A stretch of DNA of 64,000 bases from Trichodesmium sp. MAG_R03 (lineage in GTDB: Bacteria > Cyanobacteriota > Cyanobacteriia > Cyanobacteriales > Microcoleaceae). The number at the start of each line of letters is the position of its first letter. The first letter of the stretch is position 1. The notes under the pieces were generated by a model. The model worked only from the letters and a program-made list of their open reading frames with translations. It had not been told where the DNA came from and made no database searches. Shown in pieces: positions 1 to 9,698 of the stretch. Location of the stretch: the NCBI GenBank assembly GCA_023356535.1, contig JAKQYF010000002.1, positions 712 through 64,711 on the forward strand, given 5' to 3'. The position numbers and the translations under genes are program-made.

Positions 1-1481
1 TTGAGATTAATTTTATTATTAGTATCTATTACCAAAGTTTCAGTTTCTATTAATCTATCACCACATTCTTGTTGCTGTTTCTCAACTTTTTTCATCAACC
101 AGGATGGTATACCCATAGTTGCTGTTTGATAAAGTCTTTGAAATTCACGGTCAAAATGAGCTGCTACTGTGGAATTTTCTATTATCAATAAAGTTTCATC
201 ATTGTTTTTATTAGCTGCTTTTGTCCAATTCTGAGAACCAGTAATTACAATCGAATTATCAATAACTCCAAATTTGTGATGGAGGCAATCGCCAGGGGGT
301 AAGTTAGGTAAGCCTACTGTAGATATAGGTTTTTTCCAAATGCGATTATTAGTTTCATATTTACATTTATTTGCCAAAGCAATTCCCATCATATCTAATC
401 CTTCACTATAGTAACGATAGGCAAAACTAGGGTCAATTAAACCTTGAATTAAGACTCCTTGTAGAGATTTATTTTCTAGGGTATTAACTAATAATTGTTC
501 TGAAAATACAAATAGGGATAAATTAATAGATGTTTGTGCTTTTTCTAATGTTTTATTAATTAAACCATTCACACTTTTTTGCCAAGATTGACTATTAGAA
601 GTAGGAGAAAATTGTACTGCAACTTTTGTATCACCAACCAATACTTGCCGTGTACCTCTAAATGGTTTTTTGACGCCAAATTTACTATCTGGTTGACCTC
701 CAGGGCCATCTCCCCATAAGAGATTAAATTCTTTTGTGAATAGTTCAGCTAATTCAAAACTTTCTATTTTTAAAAGATTATTAGCATTTCCTCGACTCAG
801 GGTTTCCGAAAAATCCCCATGAATACCACTGGTAGTAAAATTAGCGGAGGTTATAATGATAGTTTGACCATCCACAACTACAAATTTATGGTGCATCAGG
901 CCACTACCCTTAGAACCATCAGCAGTATCATCAATCAAGGGAACTCCTGAATTACTTAAAATTATTAGAGCATCCCTCAGATTAATTTCGTCTTGACTAA
1001 TATCCCCATCTATGTTAACGTCAATAAACTTAAAAATTTCATGGTAGCGATCGCGTTCCTGTTCAGGCAATTGAGCCACTTCAGATGGACTTAAGCTTTC
1101 CCAGGGACGATTGTAGATATTTTCAATAATAACTCGCACTTTGACCCCAGCTTGATACCTTTCAGCTAAGGCTTGGGCAATAGCTGGTAAACGTAATTCT
1201 TGAACTGCCACATATACAGTAGAATTAGCATTAGCAATAGTATTAACAATTATTTCTTCAAGATTGTCTCCTAGTCTGTTTTGCTGGCGTAGGACTTCAG
1301 TGTAGCTTGAAGCTTGAGACTGATTGAAGTAAGATTTAATTAGAGAGTCTTGTGGTAATGGAGATAGAGGAGAAACTAACTGCTGAGATTTATTCAGACA
1401 AGCAGTTAGGCTCAAAGTAAATAGTAAAAAATAGCCAAATCGCAATTGAATAGAAGAAAATAGCACTGGTATTATTGACAT
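1..1481 (-). CDS. comA: Phospholipase D-superfamily nuclease/competence lipoprotein (ComA/slr0197-like), 3' end outside window
   Basis: Not in the ORF track because it runs off the window. Manual translation gives MSIIPVLFSSIQLRFGYFLLFTLSLTAC (lipobox) and two HKD motifs (MHHKFVVVDGQTIIITSANF; LHHKFGVIDNSIVITGSQNW). It ends ...NNKINL at the window edge, consistent with the start of a ComEA-type HhH domain. Start may be ATG 1481 or GTG 1466. Confidence 0.85.
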   Translation of the reverse strand, partial: MSIIPVLFSSIQLRFGYFLLFTLSLTACLNKSQQLVSPLSPLPQDSLIKSYFNQSQASSYTEVLRQQNRLGDNLEEIIVNTIANANSTVYVAVQELRLPAIAQALAERYQAGVKVRVIIENIYNRPWESLSPSEVAQLPEQERDRYHEIFKFIDVNIDGDISQDEINLRDALIILSNSGVPLIDDTADGSKGSGLMHHKFVVVDGQTIIITSANFTTSGIHGDFSETLSRGNANNLLKIESFELAELFTKEFNLLWGDGPGGQPDSKFGVKKPFRGTRQVLVGDTKVAVQFSPTSNSQSWQKSVNGLINKTLEKAQTSINLSLFVFSEQLLVNTLENKSLQGVLIQGLIDPSFAYRYYSEGLDMMGIALANKCKYETNNRIWKKPISTVGLPNLPPGDCLHHKFGVIDNSIVITGSQNWTKAANKNNDETLLIIENSTVAAHFDREFQRLYQTATMGIPSWLMKKVEKQQQECGDRLIETETLVIDTNNKINL

Positions 1482-1734
1482 CATCCCCGGCCTAAAGGCA
1501 CTGGGTAACAACCGAGCCTTAGCCCCTCGGCGGGTTGACATTTCACAGGCTGTTGCTACTTTGGCAGTAGTCTTATGCTGACCTCCATGCCCGTTTTTTG
1601 TCTCGGATTGCCCACCCGCGACTAATATATTTCTTGTGAACTTGTGAACTCAAAAGCATGATAACATAACCTGTGAAAAAAAATCAACTAAAAAGTCGCC
1701 CGCTTATGGGCGAGGCTTTAAACGCAATTTTTCG
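1475..1734 (-). mobile_element. 260-bp non-autonomous IS200/IS605-family miniature (left end + promoter + tnpB tail/right end)
   Basis: The minus strand reads TTAC|CGAAAAATTGCGTTTAAAGCCTCGCCCATAAGCGGGCGAC (hairpin left end), then a tnpB-like C-terminal tail (GGQSETKNGHGGQHKTTAKVATACEMST), then a right-end hairpin ending GGGGATGATGTCAA. Confidence 0.75.
1658..1687 (-). promoter_or_regulatory. sigma70-type promoter inside the IS605 miniature, facing comA
   Basis: TTGATT-18 bp-TATCAT with a TGn extension. The same motif (TTGATT...TGTTATTAT) precedes the tnpB ATG in the 43430-43713 copy. Confidence 0.5.
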
Positions 1735-1802
1735 GTAAAGTCAATCACCTGTTAGTTCATTTAAACAAAAATTGATGATGAGTAAATCTAGAGTAATTTA
1801 GC

Positions 1803-1833
1803 TAGGACTTACGCTTCGCCTGGGTAAGTCCTA
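1803..1833. repeat. Minimal family-A MITE (two AGGACTTAC inverted ends around a short core)
   Basis: TAGGACTTACGC-TTCGCCT-GGGTAAGTCCTA. Confidence 0.6.
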
Positions 1834-1967
1834 TTAGCGATAGGTTTCCTGAAAAAGTATTATGTACTGTAGCTTAAACATTTATTAAAATTAATTTGAT
1901 TGAAATTTAAGCAAAAAAGAATTTTTCGTCTCTAGCATAATAGCCGATAATTTAAAGTTATGGTTAA

Positions 1968-2083
1968 CAGGACTTACTAAAATACCAAGAATGCACAGCT
2001 ATTTGGTTTTTTTCGTGCTGTCTGACTGTATGGCTGAATGACCATTCAACCATACTAGATACGTTGTTTCTGCCTAAGTCCTA
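1968..2083. mobile_element. Family-A MITE
   Basis: CAGGACTTAC ... CTAAGTCCTA terminal inverted repeats. Confidence 0.65.
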
Positions 2084-2122
2084 AAAATTTAATCTGCCTG
2101 CGATTAGTTGGTAACATATATA

Positions 2123-2212
2123 CAGGACTTACGCAACGGCACTATTTGTAGTGGCAATATCTTGAAAATTACAAATTTTTGCACCATGTATAGCGTTACT
2201 GCCTAAGTCCTG
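2123..2212. mobile_element. Family-A MITE (90 bp)
   Basis: CAGGACTTACGCA ... GCCTAAGTCCTG. Interior is homologous (inverted) to the 45918-46015 and 53449-53538 copies. Confidence 0.75.
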
Positions 2213-2231
2213 ATATATTCAAAAAAAACAA

Positions 2232-2366
2232 CTATAGCAATCTTATTTTATTTGTGTCAAAAATCTTGCTGCATTTTGGGAATAGGTTTGGAGTATTGGT
2301 TAATGGGTAAGAGTTTCGGAGTTTATTTCTAGTTTTTGAATTGTTACACCCTATTTGGGATTGCTA
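2232..2366. mobile_element. Family-C MITE (TAGCAATCC TIR)
   Basis: CTATAGCAATC ... GGATTGCTA. Interior is similar to 55277-55416. Confidence 0.65.
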
Positions 2367-2369
2367 AAA

Positions 2370-2426
2370 AAAATAACTAAAAAGTCGCCCTTCTAGGACG
2401 AGGCTTTAAACCCAATTTTTCGGTAA
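2370..2426 (-). mobile_element. Orphan IS200/IS605 left end
   Basis: Near-identical to 1683-1738 and 43657-43713. Preceded by TTAC on the element strand. Confidence 0.7.
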
Positions 2427-2777
2427 AGATGGAAAGTTATACCTTTCAGTGAGAGAATAGTTTTGTCTTAACTTTGATGCTCAAAACGACTGCAATGAAA
2501 ATGAAGCGATAAATAGGATGTAGTGAAAAAGTCTTTTTAAGGAGGGAGTAAGCAGGGAAAATGCATCTAAATTCTGGAAGCTTTTACCGTTAAGCTTTAT
2601 AGGAGTAATGAGTATAAATACTCTGCAAGCCTGAAATTCTTGCCCTATCAGAACTTTAAGATAAGGGTTGTTCTAAAGATGTAACTGGACTTTGAAATTT
2701 TTCACACCGAAAATAGCTCTAAACCCAGTAGTAGCAAGGGAAATACCTGAAAGAACTAAAAATAGCTAAAGCCTAGG

Positions 2778-2906
2778 TATAGCCATGAGCGCTCACATAT
2801 TTACATACTACTGTTATCTCAAATTGTAGTATAATATTTCTAATATATTTTTATATTACATTTGCAATAATTTGTATTATGTAAACATGCCAGCGCACGT
2901 TGCTAT
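2778..2906. mobile_element. ~130-bp TA-flanked MITE (second copy inverted at 43864-44005)
   Basis: TATAGCCATGAGCGCT ... AGCGCACGTTGCTATA imperfect TIRs with homologous interiors. Confidence 0.7.
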
Positions 2907-3120
2907 ATATCAAGAGAAAGGTTGATTCAAGGTAAAAATATTACTGTATAAAGTTTTGACCCTATTTTCAACCTATTTTTCCAAAAGTCCAGGTAAGGAT
3001 GTGGGTTAATACATCCCTTGAATTGTCATAAGGTAGACGAGGAAAATCATTACTTATGTAGCACTACCAAAATATGTAATCAGCAAGCCCTAAATATATT
3101 AATTACTCCTTGGGTATTTG

Positions 3121-3460
3121 GAGACAAAAAACGGATGTGGAAGGAAACGTAAGCCTCCCCTTTAAAACTATCTATTCTAAGAAACTACTAATGCTCTTTT
3201 CTCATAGGGAAATGAGGGTAGGGGGCAAGGGCAGCGTCAAATTACTCATCAAAAAAAACTTATTTTTAAATATATTTACTCTTCCGAAATATCCATTGAA
3301 TGGCAACTGCATAACTTATCTATTTTGTCAAGTTTTATTGTTAAGAAAGATGTTGATAAAGCATAGCTTTTAAAGGGTACGGTACTCTATGAAACGTCAA
3401 CTCGTCAAGGAGCTTAGTCTCTGCAAGAACCCTGTGTCTTTAGGTCAGGGAGGATGTCAA
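3121..3460 (+). mobile_element. IS200/IS605 tnpB tail/right end, split by a nested MITE
   Basis: 3121-3153 (GAGACAAAAAACGG...) and 3385-3460 (TGAAACGTCAACTCGTCAAGGAGC...GGGAGGATGTCAA) align to the right-end region of the 1475-1734 element. Confidence 0.65.
3158..3377. mobile_element. 220-bp MITE nested in the tnpB tail
   Basis: TIRs CCCTTTAAAACTAT / ATAGCTTTTAAAGGG. Confidence 0.55.
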
Positions 3461-3478
3461 AACTAATTTTGCTGTTTT

Positions 3479-3877
3479 ATGCCAAAAAGAAAAAGGACTT
3501 TTCCGTGTGGTCATAAAGGATATGGGAGAAAATGCCATCGCTGTGAACAAGAGCAGATGTTACAGCAAAGAGTTGATGAAGAAATGGCGGAAAAGCGAGA
3601 AAAAAAATTAGAGTGGGAAGCTTCTTTCGATTGTGATTTGATCGACTTGAAGGGTCTACCAGATTATGTAGTGGTTAAAGCTAGAACAATTATTTATGGA
3701 TTAAATAATAATCAAAGCTATCGGGAATTTGGAGGCAAACGACTTCGCCATAATCGTTTTCTCGTTAGTATACCTGTTACTCGTAACTATAGAATGATTT
3801 GTCAAGATTATGGGAAATTTATTTTACCACAGAAGGTGATGTCCCATGAAGATTATAATGTTTGTAAACCTAAGTAG
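3479..3877 (+). CDS. Conserved cyanobacterial hypothetical protein with N-terminal Cys/His knuckle
   Basis: 132 aa; FPCGHKGYGRKCHRC followed by a coiled coil and a GGKRL..SIPVTRNYRMIC segment. Confidence 0.75.
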   Translation: MPKRKRTFPCGHKGYGRKCHRCEQEQMLQQRVDEEMAEKREKKLEWEASFDCDLIDLKGLPDYVVVKARTIIYGLNNNQSYREFGGKRLRHNRFLVSIPVTRNYRMICQDYGKFILPQKVMSHEDYNVCKPK

Positions 3878-4073
3878 TCAAGAAGCAGGAAGTAGGGAAT
3901 AGTGGTAGCAAAACAAACAGGTCGGCCTTCAAAAGTTGTATAATTTATTTTTTGTTTCATTTCCTTAGTATTGCTACGAGGAAAATGAAGATTGTTTGTC
4001 TGATTTTCTATTTCTACCAAATCAGAATTACTGCTCGCTAATCTCTAAAACCTAAGAAAACAAAAGAACAAAG

Positions 4074-5273
4074 ATGATGCAAATTTATCTAGACCATAGT
4101 GCTACAACGCCAACAAGGCCAGAAGTAATCACTACTATGCAGCAAGTTTTAACTCAACAATGGGGTAATCCATCTAGCTTACATAAATGGGGCAAAAGGT
4201 CTGCAACATTAGTAGAAAGGGCAAGAATAAAAGTAGCGAATCTGATGAATACAGTGCCAGAATCAATTATTTTCACTTCTGGGGGAACTGAAGCTGATAA
4301 TATGGCAATAATGGGTGTAGCACGTTGCTATGAAAAACCTCAACATATAATTATTTCTAGTGTAGAACATTCTGCTATTTCAGAACCAGCAAGAATGTTA
4401 GAAAACTGGGGTTGGCAAGTGACAAGATTACCTGTGGATCGACAAGGAAGGGTAGATTCTCAAGAACTACAAGCTGCATTACAAATGAATACAGTTTTAG
4501 TTTCCATAATTTATGGCCAAAGTGAAGTTGGCACGCTACAACCTATTGTAGAATTAGGCAATATTTGTCGTTATCGTGGAGTTTTGTTTCATACTGATGC
4601 AGTTCAAGTGGTGGGGCATTTACCAGTGGATGTACAAAAACTGCCAGTAGATTTGTTGTCTTTATCTAGCCATAAAATTTATGGTCCTCAAGGTGTAGGG
4701 GCACTTTATATACGACAGGGTGTGGAGTTAGTCCCTTTATTGAGTGGTGGAGGTCAAGAGATGAAGTTACGTTCTGGTACTCAGGCAGTAGCAGCGATCG
4801 CTGGTTTTGGAGTGGCGGCAGAATTCGCTAATGAAGAGATAACTACAGAAACATCAAGGTTGAGTAGGTTACGCGATCGCTTATTTGCACAAATGCTTGA
4901 TAACCCTTATGTAATTTGTACTGGCGATCAATTATACAGATTACCTCATCATGTTAGTTTTTGTATTGTACCTCCTGAAGGTAAAGCTAAAGCAGATGAT
5001 CAGGTGACTGGTAAAACTGTAGTGCGACAATTAAACTTAGCTGGAATTGGTATTAGTACAGGTTCAGCTTGTCATAGTGGCAAAATATCTCCGAGTCCGA
5101 TATTACTGGCAATGGGATACACAAAAGATATTTCTATTAGGGGTATTCGTTTAACATTGGGTCGAGAAACAACGGAAGCTGATATTGATTGGACAGCGAT
5201 GGTGCTAAAACAAATTTTGGCAAGACTGATGTCTAATACTAATTCTCAAAAGTTTTACTGTCTATCTTTGTGA
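4074..5273 (+). CDS. iscS: Cysteine desulfurase (IscS/NifS class V PLP enzyme)
   Basis: YLDHSATTP, HTDAVQ, SSHKIYGPQG (PLP Lys), STGSACHS (catalytic Cys). Confidence 0.9.
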   Translation: MMQIYLDHSATTPTRPEVITTMQQVLTQQWGNPSSLHKWGKRSATLVERARIKVANLMNTVPESIIFTSGGTEADNMAIMGVARCYEKPQHIIISSVEHSAISEPARMLENWGWQVTRLPVDRQGRVDSQELQAALQMNTVLVSIIYGQSEVGTLQPIVELGNICRYRGVLFHTDAVQVVGHLPVDVQKLPVDLLSLSSHKIYGPQGVGALYIRQGVELVPLLSGGGQEMKLRSGTQAVAAIAGFGVAAEFANEEITTETSRLSRLRDRLFAQMLDNPYVICTGDQLYRLPHHVSFCIVPPEGKAKADDQVTGKTVVRQLNLAGIGISTGSACHSGKISPSPILLAMGYTKDISIRGIRLTLGRETTEADIDWTAMVLKQILARLMSNTNSQKFYCLSL

Positions 5274-5676
5274 GAGAGAAGAGAATTTTTTGTAAAAGAA
5301 AAAATTATTATTATCATCTAACCTTAGAATTGAAGGCAAACTGGCTACTGATTACTAATAATTATTGTTATGGGAAGGTTTGAAAAATTTTTTCTAATGC
5401 AATATGTAAGGTATGTCAGTCCAGTAGGTATAAATAAACGTTTTTACAAACAATCTGAAAAAGAGCCTAGAAGCAACTTCTCAAATGGTTCTCACCATTT
5501 TGAATCTACATTGCTATTTTACTGATAATTAAATCTACCTACTTACTACTAGAATTAAGAGAGGATAAGAAATTATAAAAATATTATATAATTTTAGTGG
5601 TAATTTCAAACTGAAACTAAGATTAACAAAGAAAGTTAAGCAATGAGTTGTAGTCTCAAATTTCGGAGTAGATAAA

Positions 5677-6519
5677 TTGAAAAGTCAACAACAAAGTTTA
5701 CAAACATTAATATTAGCAATTATGTTGTCTGTAATATTGCTAATTGGCTTCAATTCTTTTGTAATTATTAACCCTGGTCAAGCTGGTGTTCTGAGTATTT
5801 TAGGTAAAGCTAGAGATGGAGCTTTACTAGAAGGAATTCACTTTAAACCCCCCTTGGTTTCACAAGCTGATATATATGATGTAACTGTGCAAAAGTTTGA
5901 AGTTCCTGGGCAAAGTTCGACAAAAGATTTACAGCAATTATCCGCTAGTTTTGCCATTAACTTTCGCTTAGATCCATTACAAGTAGTAAAAATTAGAAGA
6001 GAACAAGGTACTCTACAAAATTTGGTGGCTAAAGTAATTGCACCACAAACTCAAGAATCTTTTAAAATTGCTGCAGCAAGGAGAACTGTTGAAGAAGCCA
6101 TTACAAAAAGGGAAGAATTAAAATCAGACTTTGATAATGCTTTAGGTTCTCGTTTGGATAAATATGGAATTATTGTGTTAGATACTAGCGTGATTGATTT
6201 GAATTTTTCTCCTGAATTTGCTAGGGCAGTTGAAGATAAGCAAATTGCTGAACAAAGAGCTCAAAGAGCAGTATATATTGCGGAGGAAGCAGAACAAGAA
6301 GCTGAAGCAGAAATTAACCGCGCTAAGGGTAAAGCAGAAGCTCAAAAACTATTAGCTGAAACACTAAAAGCACGAGGTGGTCAGTTAGTTTTACAAAAAG
6401 AAGCTATAGAAGCTTGGAAAAAAGGTGGTTCGCAAATGCCTAAAGTTTTAATTCTTGGTAGTGAAAACTCTCAAGGAGTGCCTTTTATTTTCAATCTTAG
6501 TAATATAGATGAAAATTAA
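5677..6519 (+). CDS. Prohibitin/SPFH (band 7) family membrane protein
   Basis: N-terminal TM, EGIHFKPP, AVEDKQIAEQRAQRA coiled coil. Confidence 0.9.
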   Translation: MKSQQQSLQTLILAIMLSVILLIGFNSFVIINPGQAGVLSILGKARDGALLEGIHFKPPLVSQADIYDVTVQKFEVPGQSSTKDLQQLSASFAINFRLDPLQVVKIRREQGTLQNLVAKVIAPQTQESFKIAAARRTVEEAITKREELKSDFDNALGSRLDKYGIIVLDTSVIDLNFSPEFARAVEDKQIAEQRAQRAVYIAEEAEQEAEAEINRAKGKAEAQKLLAETLKARGGQLVLQKEAIEAWKKGGSQMPKVLILGSENSQGVPFIFNLSNIDEN

Positions 6520-7038
6520 TAGTTAAAATTAGGAACAAGTGAGAAGTAGGGAGAAGGAAGTATTCAGGTAGAAAGAATATCTAACTGAATACTATCCAAC
6601 TTTCCAATATGTTTAATAATCTCAATTTGAGTTCAATAAAAATGATGCTAGTGGTAGGATTAATAATCTTTGGATTAATTTCTACATTAAGTATAGTAAA
6701 CTTAATTAGAAAGTTCCAAAATTCTGAAAAATCAATCTATGATTTCTGAATTTGTTATTCAGAAATTTCCACAGCAAATACCTAGTAATAACCAATGGAT
6801 TATTAATGCTGCTCAAGCTCAAAATTTAGTGACACGATGAAAAATTATTTTGGTTCAATGTGGGAATGGTCAGCTAGTGATGCAGATATTTATCCTTATA
6901 TTTGTAAATATTTTGTGAATATGTTAAATACTAGTTAGAGAAACTGAGAAAAATTAGTTAGCCATTGTTTAGATAAATATTAGGCGATCGCCAACCTAAA
7001 CAACGATAAATCAATTTTTTAACCAGGCATGATATAAA

Positions 7039-7149
7039 CAAGACTTACGTAGCCACCACCATATATAGTAGGGTTTTCATGTTGCAGAGCATCCACTACC
7101 TTTAGTATCTACAAATGGCGTATAATTTTATATGGGTGCTTAAGTCCCG
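7039..7149. mobile_element. Family-A MITE (degenerate)
   Basis: CAAGACTTACG ... TAAGTCCCG. Confidence 0.55.
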
Positions 7150-7165
7150 ATCCAATAATAATAAT

Positions 7166-7275
7166 TAGGACTTACGCATAAACGCTATTCTTAGGGTGTG
7201 TTTCGCTTCGCGACTTGAATTGCTCACTTCGTAACGCACCAAGGCTCTATATATAGTACTTTTGGGTAAGTCCTG
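7166..7275. mobile_element. Family-A MITE carrying a small GC-rich insert
   Basis: TAGGACTTACGCA ... GGGTAAGTCCTG. Shares the GCTTCGCGACTTGAATTGC core with 60839-60970. Confidence 0.7.
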
Positions 7276-7286
7276 AAGAATAAAAT

Positions 7287-9107
7287 TTGGTACAAATTAT
7301 GAATCAAGAATTAGGAAATACCTCTTTAACAATATCTAATTTTTTAGAGCCTTCAGTTGAATTTTTTGACTTGTTAGGAGGTAGTAATTTTGAAGAAGGA
7401 ACACGAATAACTACTGACTATCTAGGCAATCTTTATATAACTGGTAGTACCACATCTCCAGACTTTGAAGTCACTCCAAATGCCGTACAAAATAGCTTTG
7501 GTGGAGGTGATGAATTTGGGAATGGTGATGCTTTTATTGCTAAATATTCCCCTGAGGGAACTCTAACTTATGCCACATATATAGGTGGAAGTGGTAAAGA
7601 TTTTGGTACTGATATTGCTGTAGATCCTATAACTGGAGATATTTACGTTACGGGTAATACTAATTCTGTTGATTTTCCCACAGTAAATGCTTTGCAAAAG
7701 ACTTATGGAGGTGGTGATTTTTTTGGGGATGCTTTTATTGTCAAACTATCGAATGACGGAAGTAATATTCTTTATTCTACTTATTTAGGTGGGCAAGATA
7801 ACGATTTTAGTAGTGCTATTGCTGTAGATAATAATAGGAATATTTATATAACAGGAGATACTGGTGCTACACTGCGTTTTCCACTTCAACCTATTCCGGG
7901 ATTTGGTGATTTTCCGACTACAGAAAATGCTCTACAAAAAACCCTAGTTACTGAATTTAACCGAGATGGCTTTGTGAGTAAAATATCTCCTGATGGAAAT
8001 CAATTAATTTACTCAACTTTATTAGGTGGAAATGATACAGAAGTAAGTCAGGATATTACTGTTGATAATAATGGTAATGCTTATATCACCGGTCAAACTC
8101 GTTCCTTGAATTTTCCAATTGCAAATGCAGTACAAAATACTATAGGAGGAGATGCAGATGTATTTATTACTCAGCTTAATAGTGATGGTAGCGACCTAAT
8201 TTTTTCCACTTACTATGGTGGTGTAGATGGAGATCTTGGTAATGGTATTGCTATAAATGATGTGGGTGATATTTATGTGGCTGGAAATTCGGGGATTCAA
8301 ATTATTGGCGGTGATGTGGTAGTACCTCCAGTTGGTGAATTTCCTACTGTTAATGCTTTGTACAGTACTTTTGGTGGGGGCGACAGTGATGGAATATTGA
8401 TTAGGATAAATAGTGAGCGTTTAGTTACTTTTGGTGGGGACGTTGGTGGGAGTGAAAATGATGAAATATTGCTTAGGGAAATTGATGATCGCTTTGTTGA
8501 ATATGCTACTTACTTAGGTACGGAAAATTATGATTCTATTGAAAGTATAGATCTTGATGCTGCAGGAAATATTTATATTGTTAGCAACAACAATTTGTTG
8601 AATACTGTTGTGAGTAAAATATCTAACGATGGTCAAGTTATAGAATATTCTCTTCCCTTTCGGATCAATGAAAATCTAGAAGTATTTGGTAATGATATTG
8701 AAGTAGATGAAGTTGGTAATGCTTATTTTGTCGGTAGAACTATTCCTACTTTTGCTCTAGAATCTTCTATGGTTAGTGATTTAGATACAATAGAAGATGT
8801 CTTTGTTGCTAAATTTGCTGACAATACCTATTCTTCAGGTGAGGGCTTTAACGAAAATCTTTATTTAATAGAAAATCCTGGTGTAGGGAATGCTGTGGCA
8901 AACGGTTTTTTTGGTAGTGGGTTTGAGCATTGGTTGGAGTTTGGCTTTTGGGAAGGGCGATCGCCTCAGTTTGCTTTTGATGAGCAATTTTATCTAGCAA
9001 CTTACCCAGGAGTTGTCAATGCTGTAGCAAATGATGTTTTTATTAATGGCTTAGAACATTACGTTAATTTTGGTCAAAAAGAAGGGCGTTTACCTATCGG
9101 GAGTTAA
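7287..9107 (+). CDS. SBBP-repeat (beta-propeller) surface protein with two C-terminal F(N/D)E..YL..PGV..AV..G.EH..FG..EGR repeats
   Basis: Repeated YSTYLGG..D....IAVD..GNIYITG units. Start is TTG 7287 or ATG 7299. Confidence 0.8.
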   Translation: MVQIMNQELGNTSLTISNFLEPSVEFFDLLGGSNFEEGTRITTDYLGNLYITGSTTSPDFEVTPNAVQNSFGGGDEFGNGDAFIAKYSPEGTLTYATYIGGSGKDFGTDIAVDPITGDIYVTGNTNSVDFPTVNALQKTYGGGDFFGDAFIVKLSNDGSNILYSTYLGGQDNDFSSAIAVDNNRNIYITGDTGATLRFPLQPIPGFGDFPTTENALQKTLVTEFNRDGFVSKISPDGNQLIYSTLLGGNDTEVSQDITVDNNGNAYITGQTRSLNFPIANAVQNTIGGDADVFITQLNSDGSDLIFSTYYGGVDGDLGNGIAINDVGDIYVAGNSGIQIIGGDVVVPPVGEFPTVNALYSTFGGGDSDGILIRINSERLVTFGGDVGGSENDEILLREIDDRFVEYATYLGTENYDSIESIDLDAAGNIYIVSNNNLLNTVVSKISNDGQVIEYSLPFRINENLEVFGNDIEVDEVGNAYFVGRTIPTFALESSMVSDLDTIEDVFVAKFADNTYSSGEGFNENLYLIENPGVGNAVANGFFGSGFEHWLEFGFWEGRSPQFAFDEQFYLATYPGVVNAVANDVFINGLEHYVNFGQKEGRLPIGS

Positions 9108-9206
9108 AAATTTTCAGCGTTGCACAGTAAGGAATGATTAAGATAATTGAGGAATGTGCCGATGTTTCAAATAATAGATCAGCAAGCGAATTGACTTGTA
9201 TAACAT

Positions 9207-9298
9207 CAGGACTTACGCCAACTCCTAGATAATACCCTATCTATAGAGGGCGAATGCCATTCGCCCCTACCATATATGGTGTTTCTGCGTAAGTCCTG
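9207..9298. mobile_element. Family-A MITE containing a REP-like GGGCGAA...TTCGCCC hairpin
   Basis: CAGGACTTACGC ... GCGTAAGTCCTG. Confidence 0.75.
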
Positions 9299-9468
9299 TT
9301 GTTGTCATTAGCTTGATCTCATATTTTAGATTGATTTTCTTTTATAGCAATATTAAATAACTAATTTTAAGCAGCTAAATGATATTTCAATAGTTTCTAA
9401 ATAATAGCGTTAGTCAACCTCTTCTAATTTTCCTGATCAAAGAACTAATATGTTTCCCATCTCATAAT

Positions 9469-9696
9469 ATGAATAAGTTCAACATTTTCAAATCTGCCTA
9501 TTTCTGGTGTTTCTGCTTTACCATAATTTTCCTACTTTCTCTAGACTTTTGGTCATGGAAACAAACAATTTCTTTTTCATTTCTCCATCTCCCACCCTGG
9601 GTTTTCTATTTTATTGCTTTGCAAATTTTCCTCGCCTGTGCTATTTTTATTTTCTCTCAAACTTTCTGGAAATCTGAAACTGAAAAGGAAAATTAA
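9469..9696 (+). CDS. Small 2-TM partner of SSS transporter (DUF3311-like)
   Basis: 75 aa, hydrophobic, LDFWSW / LPPWVFY, 2 bp upstream of the SSS gene. Confidence 0.75.
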   Translation: MNKFNIFKSAYFWCFCFTIIFLLSLDFWSWKQTISFSFLHLPPWVFYFIALQIFLACAIFIFSQTFWKSETEKEN

Positions 9697-9698
9697 TC

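Noticed and set aside
2430..2770. AT-rich stretch resembling cyanobacterial CRISPR leaders or IS ends
   Set aside because: No repeat-spacer array or cas gene nearby, and translations give no recognisable transposase
3110..3373. 87-aa ORF from the track
   Set aside because: Lies wholly within the tnpB tail and nested MITE and has no protein-like features
6642..6900. Short hydrophobic ORF plus frameshifted continuation
   Set aside because: 35 aa with no recognisable family; may be a gene remnant but unsupported
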